In this document: positions 17,378 to 25,504 of the stretch, piece by piece
How positions within the stretch are numbered: position 1 is the first letter of the stretch
Layout: the number at the start of each line of letters is the position of its first letter
IMG/VR virus record: IMGVR_UViG_3300027639_000001
Location: 1 to 59,148 of that record
Reading direction: 5' to 3' (one strand)
Source of the DNA: a virus
Taxonomy: Duplodnaviria > Caudoviricetes
Length of the DNA: 59,148 bases
Position numbers and translations under genes: made by a program
Notes under the pieces: model-generated
The model's database searches: none
The model's input: the letters and a program-made list of their open reading frames with translations, nothing else
Told to the model about the DNA's origin: nothing

Positions 17378-17689
17378 TTATTTAACTTCTCTAAACTTTT
17401 GTACAATCTCTTCTTCATAGGGCTCTACGATTTTGAACTCCGGTTCTTCATCACCTTGACCATAGGTATCATAATATTCCACTTGTAGATAACTACCGTC
17501 TTTGAAATGAATTACCTTTTCAATACAAGCGCCCTTCCATGAAGCATAGGTGATTTGCTCTTTGATAATTTCTCCATCGGGACTACCATCCCAAATAAAA
17601 TTATCTAAATCTTCTCGCCATTGATCATAGTCTTCATCTTCGCCGTAAAAGGCGGCAAATTGATTCACGTAGTTTTGAGCTAAAGTCAT
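17378..17689 (-). CDS. acidic hypothetical protein
   Basis: GGGAG RBS. Confidence 0.65.
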   Translation of the reverse strand: MTLAQNYVNQFAAFYGEDEDYDQWREDLDNFIWDGSPDGEIIKEQITYASWKGACIEKVIHFKDGSYLQVEYYDTYGQGDEEPEFKIVEPYEEEIVQKFREVK

Positions 17690-17705
17690 TTTATCTCCCT
17701 ATGTT

Positions 17706-18041
17706 TCACTTAATTCTCGCTAGCGATCGACATCCCATGATAGATCCATTTTCATTTCTTACTAAATCATAAGGAACTAAAAGGTCATCTCTTTCTGGCC
17801 TTGCCTGAGCTACCAATACCGACACAATGTAAAAAACACCCTCCTGGGATTCCGGCAAATTATAAACGTAGTCATACGATAAATCTACTACTTTGATGTC
17901 ACTGCATTCATGTTCAAGCAATCTCATATTACTTACTGATTCATGACATCTTGCTGCCGGGTTTGCAGCTGGAATTAAAACAACTCCCTTATCTATATTC
18001 CATATTTGAACTGGATGTGGAGTCAAGTTTATTAATTTCAC
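17706..18041 (-). CDS. conserved hypothetical phage protein
   Basis: NLTPH...YIVS..VA...R.DLL.P...R...G.I.GC motif. Confidence 0.75.
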   Translation of the reverse strand: MKLINLTPHPVQIWNIDKGVVLIPAANPAARCHESVSNMRLLEHECSDIKVVDLSYDYVYNLPESQEGVFYIVSVLVAQARPERDDLLVPYDLVRNENGSIMGCRSLARIK

Positions 18042-18219
18042 TCTACTACTATTCCCTTAAATATTGTTCCTGCTCTGGACAATTCAACATCAGTGACATT
18101 GATTTTACACACATTTGCAATACCTAAAACAAGTCTAAGCTGTTTTCCGATATAATCTTGCTTTTCTTCTTCGCTCATTCTTGGAAGAGCACTATAGGCA
18201 ATAAAAAATGAAGTTTCCA

Positions 18220-18492
18220 TTATCGTGAAAAATTCCTAAATACAGTTGTGACGTAATCACTTAATGCTGTTAAGTTTTCTTTTTCATCTTCCCAGACAAT
18301 AACTGTTCCGCCGTTATGTCCATGAATTGCTTCAACATCATTCATATTCCTATAAAAGGCAATAGAAGTGAATTCAGAATTCCAATTCATTGATGCTGGA
18401 CCACCCGGAAAAAATTCAATTCCTTCGGCAACTCGTCCAGTTCCCGAAATTCCTGTTTCGTCGTTGTTTCGTTGCAAATAAAATTTTCTCAA
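18220..18492 (-). CDS. conserved hypothetical phage protein
   Basis: GAGGAG RBS before TTG; F.L.R..D.TGISGTG.VAEG..F...HGH.G.T motif. Confidence 0.7.
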   Translation of the reverse strand: MRKFYLQRNNDETGISGTGRVAEGIEFFPGGPASMNWNSEFTSIAFYRNMNDVEAIHGHNGGTVIVWEDEKENLTALSDYVTTVFRNFSR

Positions 18493-18582
18493 AAAATCTC
18501 CTCGTATGTGTTGTGCATGTACCCGCATGTCACAGCTCCGCAGTCGTAAAAGGCCGCTTTGATCTTTCTTACAGGTCAGACC

Positions 18583-18692
18583 CTGTGACAGCTGGTGTAA
18601 CAGGACGTGTAACAAGGGGTGTAACAAGCCCATACTACCACATTTAGAGGGGTGTGACAACTGGTGTGACACATAAAAAAGCAGGGGTGACA
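18583..18692 (-). repeat. clt: clt-like locus: 8-bp direct repeats (TGTYACAC on the traB strand)
   Basis: + strand (G/C)TGTRACA at 18583, 18595, 18607, 18619 (12-bp period), 18652, 18664; variant at 18685; immediately downstream of traB. Confidence 0.75.
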
Positions 18693-18704
18693 ACTCACCC
18701 CTGC
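18675..18704 (-). terminator. intrinsic terminator after traB
   Basis: GCAGGGGTGA-GTTG-TCACCCCTGC-TTTTTT on the minus strand. Confidence 0.85.
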
Positions 18705-18706
18705 CC

Positions 18707-20599
18707 TTAAATTATAAGAAATAAACTATCTTCTTCCGCCAATTTTCCTTCTTCTACCATTCTCCCCAATTGCCTATGAAGCCAAGCTCTACTCCGAGGA
18801 ATCTTAATAACAACATCTTTAAGATCCGGAGCAGAAAATGATCTAATACCCTTGGATTTTAATTCTTCAATCTTATCCATAAGAATTTGTTTTGCCTCTT
18901 CTGGAGTTACCTCATTTTGAGGGGCAAAGTGAAAATTATCTTCATCGGCAATAACTTCTGGTTCATCGTCTATTGATGCTTCAAATTCATTTTCACTATC
19001 ATCAATTTTAGAATTAAACTCTGCATCTAAGGCAACTGATGTCATTGTATCGTCATCATCTTCCTCTTCGATATCTTCTTGTTCTTGAGGTACAGAATGG
19101 TATAGGTCACCTAATGCACCCAATGTGATTTCATCAACTTCAGGGTTGATGGCATCTTTTGCCAACTGTTTCATTAGCTCTGGCTCCATTTTGAATGTTC
19201 TTAATGGGGTTGTCCATTTGCTTTGATCGATGCCGGGGGCAACTAGATATGCATATCCTTGTCTTGCATTTCTCCATACTGCCGGATTAGCACCTGCATC
19301 TAATACTTCATCAGGAAGTGCAAATGATGCATCTCCTATATCCGCAACTCCAAAACAAAGAACTGAGGAGAATTGTGCACGAGCCTGGGTATCTACAGAT
19401 CCATGGTGTGCTCTTTGTAAAGAGGCTGAAATTTGAATTCCTGTAGATCTTGCCGTTTCCATCATTTTTACGAATGCTGGATTATTGGCAATAAGTCCCG
19501 AAGCTTCTTCAAGATGCAAATGGATAAATGTTAATCCACATCCCTTTACCCACTTATCTAGATCTTTTTTACCTAGATAGTCCGCTCGTGCTTTAATTAA
19601 GTTTTTAAATTTAACAAATAACGCCGCTGCTGTTGCTTCATCTTCGATGAACCAGTCAATTCCCGGACGAACATTATTCATTGTTTGAGATCCCTTAACG
19701 GTATCTATGACCCAAGAAACAGCATCATTTCTCTTGAACATTTCTGCAAAGATAATCTGTGCAGCCATCGATTTACCAGACCCATTCATACCCTGAATAA
19801 GCAAATGGCTTGCGCCAAGATCTCTAGTTTGAAGTGGTAAAAGTGCTGGCTCTCTATCTTCATAAATACCTATTTGCAGAGGATCGGCAATCGACTTATA
19901 ATCGTTTGCATTTGGATCATATAGTGTTTCTTGCTTTAATGCATCTCCTTTAACTACAACAATTTCTGCTTTGGATGCATTGTCAGGGTCAGGGGTAATT
20001 CTTACATTATTTATTGCTACTCCCATAAGACTAGCAAGCTTACCTTTAATACCCTGTAAGTCAGAGGCCGTATTCTTACCCCGGCGGAGTTGAATTCTAC
20101 CTCTCACCTTATTTTTAGTTTGCTCTATAAATTTTAGTCTTGCTCCCTCAAGATTATTATCTTTGAAGAAATCGGCTATCGGATCATCTCTTTCTGATGG
20201 TTTAATGCTAGTTCTTAACGACCAACTTCCGGCCAAAATAGATCCAACTAATAACCATATATCTATAAGAGGATGATTAAAGGGTCCCAGAGCAGTTGCA
20301 GCTACTAGCCATGATCCGGCCATTATCATTGTCATAACAGAGTGTACTCTGCCCAAATCTCTTCTGGATCTGGATATTATCCAGGTAAAGACAGACAATA
20401 TTGCTACACCAATTCCAAGACCCAACAATATTAATTTAAGGTGGGGATTGTGTCCCCAAAATCCATAGAATAGAATCCCCACCAAGAAGCAAGCTATCAT
20501 AACTAAAAACGGCTGAAGCCCAACTAGAGTTTTTGATGTTTCTCTTTCTATAACTCTTCGCTTAACCGCATTCATTCTCTTGCTCATATTATCACTCAC
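18707..20599 (-). CDS. traB: TraB-like FtsK/SpoIIIE-family conjugative DNA translocase
   Basis: 4 N-terminal TM helices, Walker A GMNGSGKS, Walker B HLHLEEA, SLQRA, acidic linker, C-terminal wHTH RSRAWLHRQL..MVEEG.L as in Streptomyces plasmid TraB. Confidence 0.85.
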   Translation of the reverse strand: MSDNMSKRMNAVKRRVIERETSKTLVGLQPFLVMIACFLVGILFYGFWGHNPHLKLILLGLGIGVAILSVFTWIISRSRRDLGRVHSVMTMIMAGSWLVAATALGPFNHPLIDIWLLVGSILAGSWSLRTSIKPSERDDPIADFFKDNNLEGARLKFIEQTKNKVRGRIQLRRGKNTASDLQGIKGKLASLMGVAINNVRITPDPDNASKAEIVVVKGDALKQETLYDPNANDYKSIADPLQIGIYEDREPALLPLQTRDLGASHLLIQGMNGSGKSMAAQIIFAEMFKRNDAVSWVIDTVKGSQTMNNVRPGIDWFIEDEATAAALFVKFKNLIKARADYLGKKDLDKWVKGCGLTFIHLHLEEASGLIANNPAFVKMMETARSTGIQISASLQRAHHGSVDTQARAQFSSVLCFGVADIGDASFALPDEVLDAGANPAVWRNARQGYAYLVAPGIDQSKWTTPLRTFKMEPELMKQLAKDAINPEVDEITLGALGDLYHSVPQEQEDIEEEDDDDTMTSVALDAEFNSKIDDSENEFEASIDDEPEVIADEDNFHFAPQNEVTPEEAKQILMDKIEELKSKGIRSFSAPDLKDVVIKIPRSRAWLHRQLGRMVEEGKLAEEDSLFLII

Positions 20600-20937
20600 T
20601 GAAACTTAAATTTTTTAACAGGTGCTCTCTTTTTAACATGAGCCATTTCTGTCTCATATTTAGCTTGAAATGTAGCCCAAGCTCTCATTGCAAGACCGCC
20701 ATTTAGTCGCATTTGATCTGCCAATTTGACTAATGGAATTCTTACCATTTTTGCATCATGTCTTGCTGTTGATCTAGGTAAAGCCGCAAGCAATTCATAC
20801 ACTTGATCTGAAGCATAGTGTATTTCGAGATACAGATCTCGACACATATCTCTAACCTTCATGCAGTATTCTTGCAAACCCTTGCTTGAGCTAACATCTA
20901 TGTCTTCAAGTTCTGAAGCTATTTTAGATCTTGACAT
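20596..20937 (-). CDS. traA: TraA-like plasmid transfer accessory protein
   Basis: helical protein coupled to traB by GTGA overlap; A..AWATFQ..YE.E resembles actinomycete plasmid TraA. Confidence 0.6.
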   Translation of the reverse strand: MSRSKIASELEDIDVSSSKGLQEYCMKVRDMCRDLYLEIHYASDQVYELLAALPRSTARHDAKMVRIPLVKLADQMRLNGGLAMRAWATFQAKYETEMAHVKKRAPVKKFKFQ

Positions 20938-20963
20938 GTCCCCTCCTTTGGGAATGAATTTTC

Positions 20964-20992
20964 ATTGTAACATGTTAAAGAGGGGTTGACAA
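20964..20992 (-). promoter_or_regulatory. promoter of traAB
   Basis: TTGTCA-17 bp-TACAAT, then AAGGAGG RBS. Confidence 0.75.
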
Positions 20993-20994
20993 TG

Positions 20995-21198
20995 CTACTT
21001 TTCTAGTTTCTCTAAGCTATCAAGCAACTTTAAGATTTCCTTCAGGATCTTAATCCTTAACTTCAGCCAATTAATTACTGGATCTCTATTTTTGTCTTGA
21101 GATTTTGATTTAAAGTGATCCATGTCACTTTGATGCTCTTTAATCATTAATCTAACATGATCTTTAAGATATTTGAAATCTGTCATTCTTCTACCCAC
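20995..21198 (-). CDS. hypothetical protein
   Basis: packed ORF. Confidence 0.45.
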   Translation of the reverse strand: MGRRMTDFKYLKDHVRLMIKEHQSDMDHFKSKSQDKNRDPVINWLKLRIKILKEILKLLDSLEKLEK

Positions 21199-21365
21199 GG
21201 ATCGGGGGCAACAAACTTACCCTGCTGATGATTACTAATTAAATTATTAAATGAATCTTCACCATATTTTTGGGCATGATCAATAACTAATGTATCATAA
21301 ATTCTCATTAAAGTTATTAATTGAAGTCTTAGTAGATCCCCTAGTGTAGGTTCTTCTTCAGTCAT
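21183..21365 (-). CDS. hypothetical protein
   Basis: GAGG RBS; LMRIYD....H..G....P.P motif. Confidence 0.6.
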   Translation of the reverse strand: MTEEEPTLGDLLRLQLITLMRIYDTLVIDHAQKYGEDSFNNLISNHQQGKFVAPDPWVEE

Positions 21366-21481
21366 CCATTACCTCAAATTCTATATCAACTGAATTTTTA
21401 GCCATTTGTTCTGCCTCTTCTTCGTCATAAGCAGAAACATACTTGACTAAAGCTAAGTCATCGTCCACCCAAACATTAACT

Positions 21482-21790
21482 CTATAGACCTTCATTTGGG
21501 TACTCAATTCTAGCCTTATTCTTTGTAGGAATTGTCCACTTAAATCTTTGCCATTGCATTTTATCTGCATCTATTTTTAATGAATAGGTAGATTTGGTCA
21601 AAATTGGTGAATTATCTTCCCAAATCCATTCATTATCAGATCTTGTAAAGCTTAGTGGAGATATGTGGCCTTCAATAAATACTTTATGATCTCCAACTTC
21701 AATAGTAACTTTGGCCGGGCCTGACCATTGACTAAAAATTTGTTCTACGTCGTTCATGCTACTCCTTAAATATTGCCTTGAATGTAGCAT
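21482..21790 (-). CDS. hypothetical protein (likely start ~21757)
   Basis: AAGGAG RBS before internal ATG. Confidence 0.5.
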   Translation of the reverse strand: MLHSRQYLRSSMNDVEQIFSQWSGPAKVTIEVGDHKVFIEGHISPLSFTRSDNEWIWEDNSPILTKSTYSLKIDADKMQWQRFKWTIPTKNKARIEYPNEGL

Positions 21791-21941
21791 TCAGGCGTGT
21801 TAATGTCAAGCTCTTCTAGCCTTCAATCTATCTTTTCGTTGACTCGATGTAGGTTCAATCCAAGTATGCCATTTGATAACTGGATGCCAACGCTGCAAGT
21901 GAACATCTTTGTCAATTCCACACCAACGACAACCATTTGGA

Positions 21942-22664
21942 TTAGTCATTAAAAATTGCCTTAAAGGTTGAAGGAAATAATGGTTCAACTAATTTTCTCA
22001 TAGCTTTAGCATATTCATAGATTTCTTTTTGAGCATCGTGTCCTAAACGTTCTTTTAAGAAGTGAATTAGCGCAGCTAATGACATAGTGGTTCTTACTCT
22101 AACATACATTCCATAGGCTGGTAAAAACAATCTTGCTTGTTCCGCACAAACGTCAGAACGAAGGGCCTGGTTATATAATTCTTCACCCTTATTAATGTAT
22201 GACATAAGTTCTTCAGTAAAGATTCTTCCAAGTCTTGGATCTAAAACTTCACCAGAACCCTGTTTAGAATTTTCGGGGGCACCGCGCCACTCTGTTATGT
22301 CCGGAATATAAAAAACGGGCTCCTCTGTTATGTATCTACGTGAGGATTCATTCATACAAATACCATCGGACACGTTGGCAACACCCACGATGTATTTCCA
22401 ATATTGACGAGCGACCATTAGGGGCATATATACTTCAAACTGAACAGTTGCATGGCGAAAAACTGACCAATGATTTTCTCTAACAAGAAAATTGAGAAGT
22501 TTTTCATCTCTTACTGCTAGAGTACCGTCTGGGTTGAGCACACATTCTTTATCGTATGATACACGGGCGGCGTCAACAATTGATTTATCATCACCCATAT
22601 AATCTACAATACGAACATAGCCTTTGTCTAAAACATCAAGCATTTCGTCTTCAGCATATTTCAC
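21942..22664 (-). CDS. thyX: flavin-dependent thymidylate synthase
   Basis: AARVSY, H.S.F.H, P..VARQ, NESSRRY, EQAR..LP, HAQ.EI. Confidence 0.93.
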   Translation of the reverse strand: MKYAEDEMLDVLDKGYVRIVDYMGDDKSIVDAARVSYDKECVLNPDGTLAVRDEKLLNFLVRENHWSVFRHATVQFEVYMPLMVARQYWKYIVGVANVSDGICMNESSRRYITEEPVFYIPDITEWRGAPENSKQGSGEVLDPRLGRIFTEELMSYINKGEELYNQALRSDVCAEQARLFLPAYGMYVRVRTTMSLAALIHFLKERLGHDAQKEIYEYAKAMRKLVEPLFPSTFKAIFND

Positions 22665-22832
22665 TTAATTTCCTCCCAACTTATGTATTCAGTACCATTA
22701 ATCTTTTGTGTCTTTTTATAAAATCTTTTTCCGCACGAACAGATGCGAGCCTCAAATTTTGAACCATTTTTATCTTTTGGTTGCTGCTTGGCTCGCTTCA
22801 TACTTGCTCGATCACAGCGATGTTGAATTTTT

Positions 22833-23024
22833 CTACTCATCTTCTTTCCAACTTATATAAAATTTTCCGTTAATTCTATCTGTAATTCTCATAAACATCT
22901 TTTGACAATCACATTTATAAAACTCTATTCTACATGTATCGCCATATAAAGTTTTATATTTACCATACTGCTTGTGCATTTTTTGCCTATCGCAATGATG
23001 ATTGGCATCTATCTTTTTTTTCAT
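22833..23024 (-). CDS. small basic hypothetical protein
   Basis: ATGA overlap. Confidence 0.45.
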   Translation of the reverse strand: MKKKIDANHHCDRQKMHKQYGKYKTLYGDTCRIEFYKCDCQKMFMRITDRINGKFYISWKEDE

Positions 23025-23251
23025 TTTTGCTTCTCAAACAATAACTTTGCAGATTCTATGCATCTGCATATCCATGTATATTCTCTTAATCCAATTTCCC
23101 GGCGGAAATCACAAAGAACACACTTAATTACTAATTCTAAACTTAATGGATCAGCGAGCAAGAAGGGATGATCTTTATCATTACATTTTAATGGTGTAAG
23201 ATAACCCCTTCTTGCCCAGTTCTGATATTCAGTTATTTTCTTATGCTCCAT
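23021..23251 (-). CDS. small Zn-binding hypothetical protein
   Basis: C....H...CVLC....GL..Y. Confidence 0.6.
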   Translation of the reverse strand: MEHKKITEYQNWARRGYLTPLKCNDKDHPFLLADPLSLELVIKCVLCDFRREIGLREYTWICRCIESAKLLFEKQK

Positions 23252-23610
23252 ATTTCAACCCAAAACCTTTCTCCGTCATTAGTATGTCCTCCTAGCTCAA
23301 CCTGAGCAAAGACATCATACTCTGTCATTCTATCAGCTAGATCAGGATAATTTCTACTTAAACCAGAGAGACGGAAGAAAAAGTTTCCTAAAGTTTCTAC
23401 CTTAATCGTATAAATTGATTCAATTTCAAAAAATTCTGGACCCAAGCCTTCGTGCACCTGTGTTTCTAGATGCTCCACAACCCATTTCGGAAACCCATTT
23501 TCTGCCGGTACAATGTACCTACCAAGGGCAGCAAGAAATGGTCGCCTAGATTCTGCCTCCATTAATTCTTTGATAATATGAAATTCATAGCAATGCTTAC
23601 AGTGGCTCAT
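23233..23610 (-). CDS. hypothetical protein
   Basis: packed ORF. Confidence 0.55.
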   Translation of the reverse strand: MSHCKHCYEFHIIKELMEAESRRPFLAALGRYIVPAENGFPKWVVEHLETQVHEGLGPEFFEIESIYTIKVETLGNFFFRLSGLSRNYPDLADRMTEYDVFAQVELGGHTNDGERFWVEIWSIRK

Positions 23611-23828
23611 TTTAACTCCAAATGATCAATTATACCTCTAAGACAAGTAAATGTTGCTGATGCACTATGAATTGCTAATTCGGTATTACCTTGAATAATA
23701 TGAATTATTGTATCTAATTGTAGGCTTTCAGCCTTAAGTGCCCTCTTCTCAAGAGAGTCTTTTGCATCCTTTATAAGATCTAATGTATATTGTTGCTGAT
23801 CCTTTAAAAACTGAAGGCTATTATTCAT
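23607..23828 (-). CDS. hypothetical protein
   Basis: 4-bp overlaps. Confidence 0.55.
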   Translation of the reverse strand: MNNSLQFLKDQQQYTLDLIKDAKDSLEKRALKAESLQLDTIIHIIQGNTELAIHSASATFTCLRGIIDHLELK

Positions 23829-24178
23829 TTTCCCATTCTTTCAAGAATACTATCAATAACAACCGCCCAAGATTCGAATTCTCGATAGGATTTATCTCCA
23901 TACCATTCATCTAATCCTTTAATGCCAGTGGCGTAAATAGATCGTAGCTTTTGGTTTCTACAATTCATTACTTCTTCAAAGTACCTTTGATTATTTGGAT
24001 GATCAAATTCATCAGGGGCTTCGATTGGCGTTGTATCACTACATTCACAATCTGAAGAATTATTAGAAATAATGAATTGTCGACATTGCCCACAAAATTC
24101 TGTCTCACATTGTTTGTAGCTACAATAAATAAAGATGTTGTCACCATCTTCTGTACTTTCTACACAGCAGTCAGGCAT
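23825..24178 (-). CDS. Cys-rich hypothetical protein
   Basis: GGAG RBS; multiple Cys. Confidence 0.55.
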   Translation of the reverse strand: MPDCCVESTEDGDNIFIYCSYKQCETEFCGQCRQFIISNNSSDCECSDTTPIEAPDEFDHPNNQRYFEEVMNCRNQKLRSIYATGIKGLDEWYGDKSYREFESWAVVIDSILERMGK

Positions 24179-24476
24179 CTGTTACATCTCCGTTTCTCAT
24201 CGCTAACAAGCCTTCTTGAACTTCCGGTTTCAAGAAGAGCTTTAAATTATCATTTTCATTTCTTAGTGCCACGTTTTCTTTAAGAACTTCAACTAGTTCA
24301 GACTTAATCTGACTCCATTCCTCATTTGTAAAAATTTTACAATCCAGCCATTTATCTAATTCTTCGCGGAATGAATCATAAGTTAATTCATATTTAGAAT
24401 TAGAGTTTACATATTCCTGTCTGTTAATTAAGTTAACAAACTCTTCCCATTTTGCATCTGAGATATTCATGACCAC
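24171..24476 (-). CDS. hypothetical protein
   Basis: packed ORF, GGAGG RBS. Confidence 0.55.
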   Translation of the reverse strand: MVMNISDAKWEEFVNLINRQEYVNSNSKYELTYDSFREELDKWLDCKIFTNEEWSQIKSELVEVLKENVALRNENDNLKLFLKPEVQEGLLAMRNGDVTDA

Positions 24477-24724
24477 TTTCCTCCGCTCATAGGATTTTCG
24501 ATCCTACGTCGATTTCTATCTTCCATTTGTTTGCATTTTCTGTGTAATTTTTTAGCTTGAGAAATTCTTGGATTATCTTTTGTAAACTCTTTCTTACAAA
24601 AGACACACCTATTCTTTTTATCCTTCTCTAGTGCTGAAATACACTTTTTGTGTATCCATACACCCTTATAAAAATCAAGCTTGCCAACTACACGACACGT
24701 CTTACACTTTCTTGTACTTTTCAC
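24467..24724 (-). CDS. basic Zn-finger-like protein
   Basis: two CxxC...HxxC units; AAGGA RBS. Confidence 0.6.
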   Translation of the reverse strand: MKSTRKCKTCRVVGKLDFYKGVWIHKKCISALEKDKKNRCVFCKKEFTKDNPRISQAKKLHRKCKQMEDRNRRRIENPMSGGKWS

Positions 24725-25155
24725 AATTATCCTTAAATCCTTTATTTAATAATGATTATTAAATAATATTAATTTCTATAATGAAGAAAGAGTCTTATAT
24801 CCCCCCCCCCGCGTGCCCAAAGAGAAGAGGCAGATAAGATAATATCTTTTTATATCGCTTCTCTTGCTGTGGAGTTCTACTCTGCTGCCACTGTTGGAAC
24901 CTCTCAGTCACACTTTCCAACACTCGGTTTGCCAATCTTACTCTGATTGGTTTTTCCATATTTACTATTAATCCTACTGGTGAATACTGGCTGGAAAAAG
25001 GGAAAAATCGCCATAGAATATATGAGACAGCAGCATCATATAAGCTGTATTCACCCCGGTCGTCTTGGCATTAGTCTCGACCCTACCTCTTTCTAACTAC
25101 CTTTTCCCTTGGGGCAAGTTCCGTTTTGTTTCAACGGCAGATAGCCTTAAAAATA

Positions 25156-25184
25156 AAAAAGGCCCTGGTCCGAAGACCAGGGCC
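25156..25184 (-). terminator. intrinsic terminator with C(UUCG)G loop
   Basis: GGCCCTGGTC-TTCG-GACCAGGGCC-TTTTT on the minus strand. Confidence 0.85.
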
Positions 25185-25272
25185 GATAGGCCGACTACCT
25201 ATTTTGTTAAGTATTATAAACCCGCTTAACTCGGGGAGCTTGTAAATGACATCGGTTGTCGGCCCTGTCTAT
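25156..25272 (-). ncRNA. candidate sRNA / attenuator leader
   Basis: bounded by promoter and terminator with no ORF; GGCCGAC/GTCGGCC helix. Confidence 0.55.
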
Positions 25273-25278
25273 AGGTAC

Positions 25279-25307
25279 ATCCTATCAGAGCCGGTGCTGC
25301 TTGTCAA
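25279..25307 (-). promoter_or_regulatory. leftward promoter
   Basis: TTGACA-17 bp-TAGGAT with extended TG. Confidence 0.8.
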
Positions 25308-25417
25308 TACCTTAATTAGAAAAGCTCCAATTTCTTGGAGCTAATCCTTTGCAGCAATCTACCCAACACATGCAAGATACTTATTTAAACTCGTATACCT
25401 CAACGAAAGATACTACT

Positions 25418-25446
25418 ATCATAGCTCAAGTGCACCGGCTTGTCAA
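25418..25446 (-). promoter_or_regulatory. second leftward promoter
   Basis: TTGACA-17 bp-TATGAT. Confidence 0.8.
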
Positions 25447-25453
25447 TAGGCTA

Positions 25454-25482
25454 TTGAGAGTACTTGATCTGTATGATATACT
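25454..25482 (+). promoter_or_regulatory. rightward promoter (back-to-back)
   Basis: TTGAGA-17 bp-TATACT with extended TG. Confidence 0.75.
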
Positions 25483-25504
25483 TTGTATAAATTTAAGGAG
25501 AATT

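Noticed and set aside
18583-18692. CRISPR array
   Set aside because: Repeats are 8 bp with 4-bp spacers and there are no cas genes
18493-18693. N-terminal extension of ORF 18220-18693 with HxL repeats
   Set aside because: It is a translation of the clt repeats and begins inside the terminator; an RBS supports the start at 18492
18707-20599. Terminase or packaging ATPase
   Set aside because: TM helices, wHTH and no nuclease domain fit TraB/FtsK; terminase is not in this window
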